Of a DNA stretch of 64,000 nucleotides, positions 1 to 10,800 are shown in pieces (position 1 is the stretch's first letter; the number at the start of each line of letters is the position of its first letter). The stretch comes from Rhodanobacteraceae bacterium. GTDB lineage: Bacteria > Pseudomonadota > Gammaproteobacteria > Xanthomonadales > SZUA-5. The notes below the pieces were generated by a model that saw only the letters and a program-made list of their open reading frames with translations, searched no databases and was not told the origin of the DNA. The position numbers and the translations under genes were made by a program. The stretch lies in assembly GCA_043754435.1 (NCBI GenBank), contig JAYUUS010000146.1, positions 14,400 to 78,399 of the forward strand, written 5' to 3'.

Positions 1-1033
1 GTGCCACTGGCTGTGCCGTATCTGCAAGCTCGATCCTTGTTACGGCCAGCCGGGCAGCAATTTGATCTGCACCAAACCAGCTGCCCACTACCACTAAGTC
101 AATTAAAACCAGAGAAATCAACAGCGCACCAAGCGCAGGTGGGCGTGTCGCCATAAAAAAATAAGCCAGTGTGCCAGTGCCTAATAGCGCAACAAAAAAC
201 GCGACATTGCCCATGCGCGAACCTGTTAATACCAGCGCAATGACCAAAAGCACCATGCAAATGCGAACCTGTGTTTTGCGCGCTAACAATAATGATACCC
301 AATCACGCGCAACTTGACGCCAGGACTGATCGCCTGCGCCATGAAAGCGCAGGCCAGCGACTAAAAGCCCAGCACCAATGGCTAGATGTAACTCCAAATA
401 GCCGGCAAAGCTGTTCTCATTAACGAATGCACTGCCACCGCCAATGCCAAACACAAAAAATTCAGAGACAAAACGTAAGCCCCAAAGCTTCACAATGCTG
501 GCAAATACCGCGTGCATTACCGCCGCCACAAACAAAACCATAAACACACGTTTTAGACGCCGATGCGTCTGAGCCAGAAGCAGAGTTTGCAAAAGAAGCT
601 GTAAGTACAAGCTAGTTTTTAGCAACGCACGAATACTGGCGGCGCGATCATCACTAAAATTACTGCCATTCCAGGCCCAACAATGGGCAAAATTTAGCAC
701 CAACCATAGTGCTAACAGAATAAGCAACCAAGGCCTACGCCGGTGAATACCGACTGTTGCTAGTCGTTCGGTCATGGGGACGGTCCAAATAAGCAGCACG
801 CTTACCGAGCACGTCAACGCTAGAAAACAGCCCCAAACCCAGTCGCGATTGCCGCCATAAAAAAAAGGCATCGCACTCAGCGTGATGAGTAGGGCAATAA
901 ACGCGATCTGTTCGCGACGTTGCCCCGTAAAAAAATCTAACGCAGGCGGCTGTTCAGAACGATGCGTGCTGCCAGACCGTCGGCTTCGCCTACCTTTAAA
1001 CGCATTATCACTTGTGTCTTCCCATGCACTCAT
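1..1033 (-). CDS. O-antigen ligase / Wzy_C-family polytopic membrane protein (partial, runs off left edge)
   Basis: The minus-strand frame is open from the ATG at 1033 to position 1. It is absent from the ORF track because it has no stop in the window. My translation is MSAWEDTSDN...PFFYGGNRDWVWG...VIALVLTGSRMGNVAFFVALLG... It shows many hydrophobic helices and a GSRMG-type motif typical of the Wzy_C/O-antigen ligase domain. The start overlaps the stop of the upstream gene (ATGA). Confidence 0.6.
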   Translation of the reverse strand, partial: MSAWEDTSDNAFKGRRSRRSGSTHRSEQPPALDFFTGQRREQIAFIALLITLSAMPFFYGGNRDWVWGCFLALTCSVSVLLIWTVPMTERLATVGIHRRRPWLLILLALWLVLNFAHCWAWNGSNFSDDRAASIRALLKTSLYLQLLLQTLLLAQTHRRLKRVFMVLFVAAVMHAVFASIVKLWGLRFVSEFFVFGIGGGSAFVNENSFAGYLELHLAIGAGLLVAGLRFHGAGDQSWRQVARDWVSLLLARKTQVRICMVLLVIALVLTGSRMGNVAFFVALLGTGTLAYFFMATRPPALGALLISLVLIDLVVVGSWFGADQIAARLAVTRIELADTAQPVA

Positions 1034-2100
1034 GCTTGGTCAAGACCATTTACCGTCAATGTCGAAAGTCGGCGGCCCAACCAATGTGCGCGCTTGATGG
1101 CGTGCATGATCCATAAGTGGTAAGAAATTGCCGCCACTAAAAATACCATCAGTTGGATTGAAGCGGGTAAATGAATCGCATGAAACAGCACGCCTATGGA
1201 CTGGAGTACTATGACGGTAAACAAAATCAAACTCAATGATTGCGGCACTGAAAAACCGACCCGCTGCAACAAATGATGTAGATGCTGCTGATCAGGCTTA
1301 AATGGCGAACTACCGTTTTGTACACGTCGAAGCATTAGTGAAACCGTATCAACAAGCGGAACCGCGAGCCAAAACAAGGCGCTTACGGGCATGAAAGTAT
1401 GTAGGGGCGCTTGGGAAGCATTGACCGTTAGCCAAGCGACCAAAAGCCCAGAAGACATGCTACCGGCATCGCCGAAAAAAACCTTCGCTTTGTTAAGCCA
1501 AGGCGTACGAACGTTAAGGCATAAAAAAGGAATGAGTGCCGCGACCGCAAGCCCGCACACCAGCGCCATATTGGCTTGCCAAAGGTGATGAAAAAATGTC
1601 AGCAATAGGCACAGTATGAGCAACAAAATTAGGCCCAACAAACCGTCCATGCCATCAATCATATTGGTCGCATTGATGACCCCGACACAGGCAAATACAG
1701 TGAGCGGCCAACTGAGGCTGGCGGCGTATACAGGGTGCCCTGGCCAAAATAACTCACCAAAATTTGCCAGCGGCGCGCTATGCCAAAAAGCCACAATGAC
1801 GGCTAGCGCCTGCACTAACAAGCGCAGCACTGAAGGCAAAGGAATACGATCATCAACCGCGCCTAAAACGCAAATAATGGTTAGGCCTACCATCAACCAC
1901 GGCAGTTGAGTTAATAGTCCCGATGCGGCCATGCCAGCAAAAAATGCCAACATCCACGCCAAACCACCCACAGCCGGAACCGGCTCGCGATGAAGTTTGC
2001 GCACATCAGGTTGATCTAACCAATTAAAGCGTATGGCGAGGGCGCGCAACGCCAGCAGCGCAATGGCCGCAAAAATAGCGGTAAAAAGCGCGTATTTCAC
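1030..2100 (-). CDS. Polyprenyl-phosphate N-acetylhexosamine-1-phosphate transferase (MraY/WecA/WbpL family, initiating glycosyltransferase)
   Basis: 356 aa polytopic membrane protein. Family motifs present: GAVDDRIPL, NATNMIDGMDGL, FFGDAGS. Confidence 0.85.
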   Translation of the reverse strand: MKYALFTAIFAAIALLALRALAIRFNWLDQPDVRKLHREPVPAVGGLAWMLAFFAGMAASGLLTQLPWLMVGLTIICVLGAVDDRIPLPSVLRLLVQALAVIVAFWHSAPLANFGELFWPGHPVYAASLSWPLTVFACVGVINATNMIDGMDGLLGLILLLILCLLLTFFHHLWQANMALVCGLAVAALIPFLCLNVRTPWLNKAKVFFGDAGSMSSGLLVAWLTVNASQAPLHTFMPVSALFWLAVPLVDTVSLMLRRVQNGSSPFKPDQQHLHHLLQRVGFSVPQSLSLILFTVIVLQSIGVLFHAIHLPASIQLMVFLVAAISYHLWIMHAIKRAHWLGRRLSTLTVNGLDQA

Positions 2101-2230
2101 GGCGACTCAGTTCGCGCAGGCGAATGGGTGATAAACAAACTTAAACGATCGCTTTTGCTCACTTACAGATTCCTGGGCATGAAGAATGTAGAAAGCAGTT
2201 TGGCTCAACTTTCCTGAACCAAGCTAGGCA

Positions 2231-3409
2231 TTACAACTTTGACAAAGCAAAAGATTGGTAAATTGCTAGCGTTTTAAGCGCGCACGCTTGCCAGCCTAAG
2301 GCACCATCCGCCCACTCCTGTCCGCGCTTACCACGTATTTTAGCCTCTTGCGGATCACAAAAAGCCGCTTCAATCGCGGCGCGAATGCTTGCAACCGTTG
2401 CTTCACAAATCCACCCCGCGTCGGCTGCGGACGCGGCTTTCGCTAATCCAACGCCGTTTGAAAGCACCACGGGTATGCCAAAGCACAGTGCTTCAGCTGC
2501 AGCGTTACCAAAATTTTCATTTTTCGACACGAGCGCTAAGACCTGGGCATGCTGAATCCACGCCCATTTTTCGTCACCTTTGAGCTCGCCTAAAAATATC
2601 ACGCGGCTTTGCGAATTCAATCGGTTAACGAGCATCTGCAACTCGCTCATGATTGAATCTTGCTGATCCACACCGCCTGCTAACACCAAATGAATATTCC
2701 TCAAGGTGCTACAGGCTTCAATCAGCAGATCCAAATTTTTTTTCCAAGACAAACGCCCTAAATACAGCACATACGGATCTTGCATGGGTGCCGGCCAGTC
2801 GCGTTGCGTCGGCAAGGTAACGCCGTTTTCAATTACACAAGGATTTTGCACAGGCACACCGAGCCGGTAGGCGTCATTTAGCTCTAAACTTGATGTCGCG
2901 TGAAAGCATGCCGCATGCGCGAGCGTTTGCCGCTCGAAAAGTCGAATCCAAGCCGTTTTCAAAAACCGGCGTTTTCCACTAATTAATTCCGGCACCAACA
3001 TTCCACGCGGTGCGATCACGTAGGGAATTCCTGCCGCGATACATACCCGCGCCGCCATATTGGTCGGAAATAAAAAAACTGAATGCAGATGCACAACATC
3101 AAATGCGGTGATATTTGCCTGCAGCCATTGCCGCATCGCCCACGAAAAATAGAGCCGACGTAACCATTTAGAGCGGAAATACCAAACCTTGACGCCGTCC
3201 AGCATGCACGCTTGACCATGCACCACATTGGAATCTAAGGGGCCATCGACGCTCGTGGTAAGCACCGATACATCGGCACCTAGCGCCGCTTGGGCACAGG
3301 CTAAACCATGCACTGAAAAAATCGGCCCGCCGTAGCGGGTAGCCGGTAGATAAGTTGGCACGACATGCAAAATTCGCAATGCGTGCGGCTTGGATGGCAA
3401 GCTGACCAT
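2231..3409 (-). CDS. Glycosyltransferase, GT4 (group 1) family
   Basis: 392 aa. N-terminus is ILHVVPTYLPATRYGGP. The C-terminal region ENFGNAAAEALCFGIPVV carries the E-x7-E type motif of retaining GT-B glycosyltransferases. Confidence 0.8.
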   Translation of the reverse strand: MVSLPSKPHALRILHVVPTYLPATRYGGPIFSVHGLACAQAALGADVSVLTTSVDGPLDSNVVHGQACMLDGVKVWYFRSKWLRRLYFSWAMRQWLQANITAFDVVHLHSVFLFPTNMAARVCIAAGIPYVIAPRGMLVPELISGKRRFLKTAWIRLFERQTLAHAACFHATSSLELNDAYRLGVPVQNPCVIENGVTLPTQRDWPAPMQDPYVLYLGRLSWKKNLDLLIEACSTLRNIHLVLAGGVDQQDSIMSELQMLVNRLNSQSRVIFLGELKGDEKWAWIQHAQVLALVSKNENFGNAAAEALCFGIPVVLSNGVGLAKAASAADAGWICEATVASIRAAIEAAFCDPQEAKIRGKRGQEWADGALGWQACALKTLAIYQSFALSKL

Positions 3410-3417
3410 TTCTTTAC

Positions 3418-5187
3418 CTAACTCAAACTTGTTCGTTCAAGCAACCAATCCCCGAGCACCAACACGTCCATTTTGGTGCGTAAAAAACATGCCAACGCCT
3501 CCGCTGGGCGACAAACCACCGGCTCGTTTTCATTGAATGACGTATTCAATAAAATAGGCACACCGGTTGCTAGCCGAAAAGTATCAATGAGCCGGTAATA
3601 GCGCGGGTTATCCGCCTGCTGCACGGTTTGCAAACGTCCGCTGCCATCAACATGCGTCACCGCAGGAATTTGCACGCGTTTATCTGCCCGTATCGGCAAT
3701 ACTTGCGCCATAAATGGCACCGACACATCTTCAGTAAACCAGTCACTCACGTATTCACGTAAAATGCTGGGTGCGAACGGGCGGAAGGATTCTCGGCGTT
3801 TGATTTTGGCGTTGAGGATATCTTTAATGTCCGTGCGACGTGGGTCCGCCAAAATGGAGCGGTTTCCCAATGCTCTGGGGCCAAATTCCATTCGACCTTG
3901 GAACCAGCCGATAATGTGGCCGCGTTGAATGCGCGCCACGACAACTTGGCAAAGTTCCGTTTCATCGGCCATTAAGCGTACCGACACATTTTCCCGCGCA
4001 ATGTCATCCGCGCACGCATCAATAGCCGCTTTGCATTGAGCGTTATCAAATTCAGGGCCTAAGTAGGCGTGCTCCAGCGCGTGCGTGCGCGGCTGACCGA
4101 GGGAACGCGCCCCGACGAGTGCGGCACCAATTGCGCCACCGGCGTCTGCGCCGCTGGCAGCAACATAAATCCTTTTAAACGGCGTATTTGCCGTAATTTT
4201 TCCATTCGCGACTGAATTTTGCGCGCAACCGCCCGCAAGCGCCAAATCATCAATCCCATATTTGGCATGCAGGGCATTTAACAGGGCAAACAGACTTTCC
4301 TCATAAACGCACTGAACGCTCGCAGCAAGATCTTTATCCGACTGCGTTAACGCACTATTTGGATCGCGCGCAGGACCTAAAAGTTCGACTATTTTTGCTG
4401 AGAACAAGGCATCAAATTTCGGCGCACCATCTTCCCATTGATAGTTCAGGCTGTCGGTATGGTGGCGAAAATAGTCTAAGTTCAGTTCGTAGCTGCCGTC
4501 GGCCTTATGTGCCAGCAACTTACGAACTTGCGCAACTAGAGTGGGTTTGCCGTATGGCGCTAAGCCCATTATTTTATATTCGTCGCCGTAATTCATAAAA
4601 CCCAAATACTGGGTCATGGCTTGATAAAAAATACCCAGCGAATGCGGAAAATAGGCGTGACCGTCGATACTCAATTTAACATCGAGTCCAGCACCTTCAC
4701 CGATACCATAGGCACCAGAAGCAAAATCGCCAAAACCATCAATTGAAACGGCCAGCGCGCGCTTGAACGGTGAACAGTCGAAAGCGCTGGCTAAATGCGC
4801 CAAATGGTGTTCAATAGACAAAAATTTACCAGCAAAGCGTTGTTCTGGAAAGGCACTCTGAAGATGTTCGAGTGCGCCCATGCGGGCGTGACGCGTTTTA
4901 AGCTTTTCGACAATTAAACTTAAACTCGGGCGTTTTTTGATTGCGTATAGCAAGCGTTGGCCGCGCGCCACAGACGGATCGGTATTGATTGCGATCGCAT
5001 TGACGGCATCAAGCGTCACACCTGCCTCTTGCAAACAAAATTTAATCGCTTCTGTAGGAAAACCCGCCCAATGTTTAATTCGGCGGAAACGCTCCTCTTC
5101 CGCTGCTGCCACCAAATTGCCATCAATGACCAATGCGGCCGCAGAGTCAGCATGGAAGGCATTTAGTCCAATGACAATATTGCGCAT
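3418..5187 (-). CDS. Carbamoyltransferase (NodU/CmcH family)
   Basis: 589 aa. N-terminus GLNAFHADSAAALVIDGNLVAAAEEERFRRIKHWAGFP and C-terminal NTSFNENEPVV are typical of NodU/CmcH O-carbamoyltransferases. Confidence 0.9.
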   Translation of the reverse strand: MRNIVIGLNAFHADSAAALVIDGNLVAAAEEERFRRIKHWAGFPTEAIKFCLQEAGVTLDAVNAIAINTDPSVARGQRLLYAIKKRPSLSLIVEKLKTRHARMGALEHLQSAFPEQRFAGKFLSIEHHLAHLASAFDCSPFKRALAVSIDGFGDFASGAYGIGEGAGLDVKLSIDGHAYFPHSLGIFYQAMTQYLGFMNYGDEYKIMGLAPYGKPTLVAQVRKLLAHKADGSYELNLDYFRHHTDSLNYQWEDGAPKFDALFSAKIVELLGPARDPNSALTQSDKDLAASVQCVYEESLFALLNALHAKYGIDDLALAGGCAQNSVANGKITANTPFKRIYVAASGADAGGAIGAALVGARSLGQPRTHALEHAYLGPEFDNAQCKAAIDACADDIARENVSVRLMADETELCQVVVARIQRGHIIGWFQGRMEFGPRALGNRSILADPRRTDIKDILNAKIKRRESFRPFAPSILREYVSDWFTEDVSVPFMAQVLPIRADKRVQIPAVTHVDGSGRLQTVQQADNPRYYRLIDTFRLATGVPILLNTSFNENEPVVCRPAEALACFLRTKMDVLVLGDWLLERTSLS

Positions 5188-5282
5188 CTAACGTCCTGTT
5201 ATTAACAATTTAATTGAAAAATCAATTTTTAAGATTGACCAAAATTTCACCAGCTAATTGATATGAGAAATTTATCATAGAA

Positions 5283-6602
5283 TTAATCGAAACCACGCGA
5301 TAGGCGTGTAGTGATGACTTGCAGCAAATAGCCTAAAATAATAAACGCTGCCACACCTGAAACGGTCTCAGAAAGCGCTCCTCCGACATTAGTTAGTGCG
5401 ATTCCTGGGATTACCCAACGAATCCACATCATTAAGTTGTTTTTCATAAGATATTCAGCTGCCATCAAATCGATTGAACGCAAAATCAAGCCTATTAAAA
5501 ACATTCCTATATACAGAGAAACGTCGCCAAAGTTACCGTAAAACTCAAGTATATGTCCGACCCCAACGCTAGTGTTGTCGGAAAAAGTTAGACCCGTCAG
5601 GCTGGCAGCGATATTACCACTGCCTGCAACGCTGGGTTTATTGATCCAAATGGCGCGTGGCACCCATGCAACTAGCGCAAATAGAAACGATTCACCCTGT
5701 AAAAATTCGGAGCGCCCAGAGCTTAGACTTTCAACTGCGGAACCAACTAACCAATTTTGGTTGAGGCGTTCATCAACCGCTTTTAAATGAAAAAAATTAT
5801 CCGGATCAAACCATTTGAAGTCGGTAAAAATAACTGAAGTAGCGTCCGCTCTCACGCTTAACGATTGATCGCCCCAAACTGCATCACGAATATCACTTCG
5901 CTGCGGTAAATAGTTAACAAAGAATGAAACTCCAACGTAAACAAGCACGGGGGCGGCGACAAAAATTATTTTTGGGAAATACTTTTGAGAAACACCAAAA
6001 CAAATAATAAAAACTAGATAGGTTATGCCAAACCCTAAAAAACCGAGAAGCATAATTGAGAGCGCTGGAAAACCGAGTGCGATGATATATACATGTAAAG
6101 GCATTTTTTTATTATTTAATATAAATGCGTGCATATAAATACAAAGGCCGGGAGCCCCTAATAACCAAATGGCACCTAATAATGCTGAGAGTGAAGGAAT
6201 TTGAAACAAAAAGTTGGCTTGACTCGTCAGAAAAGTAAAGCCTATTCCAATTGCAATAAGCAACGTGCCCAATCGCTTTGCGGCAATTGGATTGGGTTGT
6301 TTAGGATTAATGGTCGGTGTCGATAGTGCAAACCTTGCAACTAACGCTCCCATGACAAATGCCACTAAACCAAAGCAGGTCATCTGAAAACCTAGGAATG
6401 TCCATATTCTTGGATAATACTCATACCAGGGTACCAACAAAAGCATGCCGCCCGGCAGGTGAATGATGGATAGCTGGGCCGCATAGATAAGCGTTAACCC
6501 AGATGAGGGCTTGGTGCGCGCCTCCACAAACAAAACTGCCAGCAGTGCAAACCAGAGGATGCATAGCGAATAAGCTGCGTTATGATCTATGACAGTATGC
6601 AT
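5283..6602 (-). CDS. Polytopic membrane protein, O-antigen polymerase (Wzy)-like
   Basis: 439 aa with about 10 or more hydrophobic segments and one large hydrophilic loop (about residues 235-300). It is visibly AT-richer than its neighbours and is the first gene of the glycan cluster. I recognised no catalytic motif, so the call rests on topology and context. Confidence 0.45.
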   Translation of the reverse strand: MHTVIDHNAAYSLCILWFALLAVLFVEARTKPSSGLTLIYAAQLSIIHLPGGMLLLVPWYEYYPRIWTFLGFQMTCFGLVAFVMGALVARFALSTPTINPKQPNPIAAKRLGTLLIAIGIGFTFLTSQANFLFQIPSLSALLGAIWLLGAPGLCIYMHAFILNNKKMPLHVYIIALGFPALSIMLLGFLGFGITYLVFIICFGVSQKYFPKIIFVAAPVLVYVGVSFFVNYLPQRSDIRDAVWGDQSLSVRADATSVIFTDFKWFDPDNFFHLKAVDERLNQNWLVGSAVESLSSGRSEFLQGESFLFALVAWVPRAIWINKPSVAGSGNIAASLTGLTFSDNTSVGVGHILEFYGNFGDVSLYIGMFLIGLILRSIDLMAAEYLMKNNLMMWIRWVIPGIALTNVGGALSETVSGVAAFIILGYLLQVITTRLSRGFD

Positions 6603-6711
6603 ATCGGTTCAAGTTGGCGTGAATGGATTTAGCGAGCTGGACAGTGTAACGAACGACGCTGAATGTGGGCGGCTATGGTGAGTCAATCCAAGTCTTGGGG
6701 TGGAATGCTAG

Positions 6712-9700
6712 ATGCTCACTAAGAAGCGGCCCTATTTGATTCTTGATTCCGGTTTGGGTTTTTACATGGAAGAATTTGCAATACGTCGCAGACTTTTGGA
6801 GTTAGAGGCAAAGGTTTCCGGGCTTGAAGCGGACGCAGCGCGCTATCGCGCATTGTTGCGGGCACGCAATGATCTCATTGTAGAGCTTGATGAGCGCGGA
6901 CTTATTAGCGCGGTTTCGCCTGCGCTGTTGGAACGCTCCGGCTATTCGGCGAGCGAATGTTTGGGGCGCTCGACATTTGCTTTCACTACACCCGAATGCG
7001 CGCAGCGTTTACGCGCGCAAAGCCCGACGCTGTTTGATTGGGCCGCACGCAGGCACCCGTTTGAAATTTTGATGCTCTGTAAAAACGGCGCTGAGCTTTG
7101 GTTAGAGGGCAATATATATGCCTACAGCACCGACGCCTACAGCACGGAGGGTAGTATTTCTGGCATGTTTTGCTTATACCGCGACATTACCGAAAGCAAG
7201 GTTTTTGAAGACGAGAACCGTCGAATGGGCGAAGGTGCCATAAATGCTTTGGTACTTTCCGGGGTGGAGGCGTTTGAGTTTGATTTCGTTGAAGGATTAG
7301 TCTGGCAATCGCCGGGTTATGGGGAATTATTGGGCTTAAGCGAGAACGATGCGCGTTATTTTGGCGACTATGGATGGCTTGGCAAGGTGTGTACTCCCGA
7401 TCAGGGGCTTGCCGCTGGTCGCGTTGAATGGGCACGAAAAATGGCTGCCGATGCGCCACCCCTTATTGTTCGAGTACCGCAAACTGATGCTGAGATTCGT
7501 TATATAGAGTTTCACGATCACTATGATTTCAATGCAGATGAATCACTGAGGCGCATGCTAGTCACTGCGCGCGATGTCACCGTTGCGCATCGGGATAAGC
7601 TTGCGTTGCAGGCCGCGAGCCAATCGGCAATTCCGCATAGCGATGTCAATACCCAACATCAGCTTGAGCAAGCCCTGCATCGGCTTGAACTGGCGCTTCA
7701 GATCGGTGAAGTAGGTGTCGCAGAATGGTCACGCACCAAAGGCTGGTTTGGCGTTTCTGATCGTTACCGTGAGGCGTTGGGTTTACCGGCATCCGTTCAC
7801 CCGGAAAAGTTTGAACAGTTTGTCAAACGCATCCATAACGATGATCGAGATTCAGTGTTGCAAATTGCGCAAAGCTCGTTTGATTCAGGGGTGGCAAAAC
7901 TACAGCGGTATCGCTATCGGCGCCCAGATGGGCGCCTAGCACACCTTGAGTCTGGCGCACGCTACATCAAAAATTCTCAAGGTGAACTGGAAAGCGTGAT
8001 TTCCATTGTCCGCGATCAAACTGAGCTCCGTGCGGTTGAGCAAAGCCTGCGTTCATCCCTGGAACGCCTGAGCGTGGCGATGCAAATTGGCAGCGTGCAT
8101 TTTTTTGAACACAACATTAAGAACGATGTGTATCAAATTTCCGATGGTTTTCGCCAACTTTTCGGCTTGAGTCAAGAGCAGCCGCTCAGCACGGCGATTC
8201 TACTTAGCTGTATTGATCCAAAAGACCACGCGCGCTTAGCCAACCATCGCAGTGGCCTGCATGGAAAAGCGATTGGCCCGGTGCGGTTTCGCGTACGCAG
8301 TGGCGCAGGTGTGCGCTGGATTGAATCCATGACCGCCTTTTATTTTGATGATGCTGGAGTCGTCGAGCGCAGTGCGGGCGCAATGCGCGAGATCACCGAT
8401 CAGGTGTTGCTTGAGGAGGAAATCCGCACGCAAGCGAATTTGTTCGGCGCATTAGTGGAATATTCTCCAGACGGTGTGGTACGCATTGATGCGCAAGCAC
8501 GCTTTGTGTCAGCAAATCCGGCGGTGGCGACGCTGATTGGCTTCCCTATTGAGGAAATTATTGGGCGTACGCCCGAGGATTTACCCATTTCGCCTGGGCG
8601 AGCCCTTGAGTTTCGCCAACGTATTGAGCGATTTTTTGTTACCGGAGTAGGCGATGAGTTCGAACTGCAATTCAAAAAATTGCCGAATGCGCCTTGGCTA
8701 TTGGTGCGTTATGTGCCTGAACTGGACGCAAACGGCAAGCCTAAGCACTTATTAGCTTTTTTACGTGATGTCAGCCAACTCAAAAGCGCCGAGCAAGAAG
8801 CCCTCGCTAGCGCGCGTCAATTGGGGCAAATACTTGAAACCGCTGAAGAAGGCATTTTGGTTGCTGATGCCCACAACGTCATTATTTTTAATAATCCAAA
8901 ATTAGAGCAAATTTTTGGCTATGCGCCGAATGAGCTGCGGGGCAAACACGAAAGCCTATTGCAGCTTAATGATGCCGAAAAACAGTGGCAGCAGCGGTCT
9001 TTAGAGCGTGCGGCAGGGCTAAGCGAGTCGTATTCCCATCATTTCCGGCGCAAAGATGGCTCGCTCGTGCTTTGCTGGGTCAACGCAAAACCTCTGCAAG
9101 ACGAACTGGGTAAGTTCTCAGGCACGCTTGCCATGCTCACCGATGTCAGCGACATTGAGCGCTCGGAGCGCGAACTGCGCAAAGGCATCGAATGGCTGGA
9201 GTTTTCGATGGAAAGTGCGCAAATTGCCGGCATGGATATCGACGTTGAAAGCGGCTTCTCACGCACTACCGTGCTGTTTAGAGAGTGGTTTGGCATTCCC
9301 GAAGAGGGCACGGGTTCGCCGCTACTGAACTGGACAGCACAGGTTTATCACGAGGATCGGACGCGGATTCAAACGCACGTTCAAGCGATTTTAGAGCGCG
9401 GCAGCAGCGCCCGTTTAGATTTTCGGTTGGTTGATAGCGCGGGCGAATTACACTGGCTATATGCTGTGATCGTGACGGTGTGCAACGTTGTGGGTGCGGT
9501 GGCGCGGGTGGTATTTACCGTGCTTGATATTACGCCTAGACGCAAGTTAGAGGCGGAGCGGGAAGAGTTACAAAACCATATAGCACGCGCTCAGCGCGAA
9601 GAAAGTTTGGGAAATCTGGCGGCAGGTTTGGCGCATGATCTGAATAACCTGTTGACGACCGCCTTTGGACATATTGATTTAGCACGTCAATTAATCCATC

Positions 9701-10734
9701 AGTCAGATGCAGATCACAGCCTTCAGCACGTTGCGGAGTCGTTAACTCAAATGACCAAGCTGAGTGAGCAGCTGTTAACGTATTCGGGCAAAACTCCTCT
9801 GAACTCAAAGTCTTTTGAATTCAACGAATTATTACGTAAAATTCAGTCAATAATGACGGTTTCGGTCAGTAAGAAAGCGCATTTCACACTCCATTTAACG
9901 CCCGAGCACCTAGTTTTGCATGCTGAAGAATCCCAGCTTCAGCAGGTTGCGCTGAATCTTGTGTTGAATGCCTCAGAAGCGCTGGAAGGTCGTAGCGGTG
10001 ATATCGAAATCAGCACCACAAAAGTATCGCGCGCATCACTGAGCCCAGGCATGCAGCTCCAAATCGAACCCGATATCGTGCATTTATTAAAGTTAAGCGT
10101 GCGCGACACCGGTGTCGGCATACCGGAGCACGTATTAGCCCGACTGTTTGAGCCTTTTTTTTCCACCAAAGGCCAAGGCCGAGGTCTGGGAATGTCGGTG
10201 GTTGCCGGGATTGTGCGAGCACACCGGGGCGCTATTGAAGTGTTGAGTAGCCCGCAGTCGGGGACAACTGTATCGGTTTATCTTGCGCTTGAATCAGCCA
10301 CTCGGGTAGCAGCGATGCTCTCGCCCGAGCAGTCCGCGCTTGCACAGACAGCTCCTAAGTTGCCATTGAATTCTGGCTTGATTTTAGTTGTTGATGACGA
10401 ACCGACCTTACGCAACTTGATCTGTAGAACTCTTAACACCCAAGGCTTTGAAACCATGAGCGCCGCAAATGGGGACGAGGCTCTCGTTTTGATGGCAGCA
10501 CGGCCTGAAATAGTATTAGTTTTGCTGGATTTGACGATGCCTCAGCGCGATGGAATAGAGGTCTATGCTGAAATACTGGCCTTTTATCCGAAGCTGGCGG
10601 TGATGCTCATGAGTGGCTATAACGAGCAGTCGATCGCCTCGCGTTTAGGCCCAGATGCGCCTGTGCCCGCGTTTTTACATAAACCATTTCGTACTACCGA
10701 GTTACTATCAATGGTTCGGAAAACATTAGCGTAG
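6712..10734 (+). CDS. Hybrid sensor histidine kinase with multiple PAS/PAC domains and a C-terminal receiver
   Basis: 1340 aa with no obvious TM segment. It has repeated PAS-like blocks, an H-box LAAGLAHDLNNLL, an ATPase region (NLVLNASEAL ... DTGVGIP ... GLGMSVV) and a receiver (ILVVDDEPTLRNL ... LLDLTMP ... KPF). The start may be the internal Met at 6766. Confidence 0.85.
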   Translation: MLTKKRPYLILDSGLGFYMEEFAIRRRLLELEAKVSGLEADAARYRALLRARNDLIVELDERGLISAVSPALLERSGYSASECLGRSTFAFTTPECAQRLRAQSPTLFDWAARRHPFEILMLCKNGAELWLEGNIYAYSTDAYSTEGSISGMFCLYRDITESKVFEDENRRMGEGAINALVLSGVEAFEFDFVEGLVWQSPGYGELLGLSENDARYFGDYGWLGKVCTPDQGLAAGRVEWARKMAADAPPLIVRVPQTDAEIRYIEFHDHYDFNADESLRRMLVTARDVTVAHRDKLALQAASQSAIPHSDVNTQHQLEQALHRLELALQIGEVGVAEWSRTKGWFGVSDRYREALGLPASVHPEKFEQFVKRIHNDDRDSVLQIAQSSFDSGVAKLQRYRYRRPDGRLAHLESGARYIKNSQGELESVISIVRDQTELRAVEQSLRSSLERLSVAMQIGSVHFFEHNIKNDVYQISDGFRQLFGLSQEQPLSTAILLSCIDPKDHARLANHRSGLHGKAIGPVRFRVRSGAGVRWIESMTAFYFDDAGVVERSAGAMREITDQVLLEEEIRTQANLFGALVEYSPDGVVRIDAQARFVSANPAVATLIGFPIEEIIGRTPEDLPISPGRALEFRQRIERFFVTGVGDEFELQFKKLPNAPWLLVRYVPELDANGKPKHLLAFLRDVSQLKSAEQEALASARQLGQILETAEEGILVADAHNVIIFNNPKLEQIFGYAPNELRGKHESLLQLNDAEKQWQQRSLERAAGLSESYSHHFRRKDGSLVLCWVNAKPLQDELGKFSGTLAMLTDVSDIERSERELRKGIEWLEFSMESAQIAGMDIDVESGFSRTTVLFREWFGIPEEGTGSPLLNWTAQVYHEDRTRIQTHVQAILERGSSARLDFRLVDSAGELHWLYAVIVTVCNVVGAVARVVFTVLDITPRRKLEAEREELQNHIARAQREESLGNLAAGLAHDLNNLLTTAFGHIDLARQLIHQSDADHSLQHVAESLTQMTKLSEQLLTYSGKTPLNSKSFEFNELLRKIQSIMTVSVSKKAHFTLHLTPEHLVLHAEESQLQQVALNLVLNASEALEGRSGDIEISTTKVSRASLSPGMQLQIEPDIVHLLKLSVRDTGVGIPEHVLARLFEPFFSTKGQGRGLGMSVVAGIVRAHRGAIEVLSSPQSGTTVSVYLALESATRVAAMLSPEQSALAQTAPKLPLNSGLILVVDDEPTLRNLICRTLNTQGFETMSAANGDEALVLMAARPEIVLVLLDLTMPQRDGIEVYAEILAFYPKLAVMLMSGYNEQSIASRLGPDAPVPAFLHKPFRTTELLSMVRKTLA

Positions 10735-10800
10735 CAATTCCACGCAGCGGGATGAATTCCAAAGCGGAAACGAAGTTGATTCAAAGGAACCTAGCAAAAT

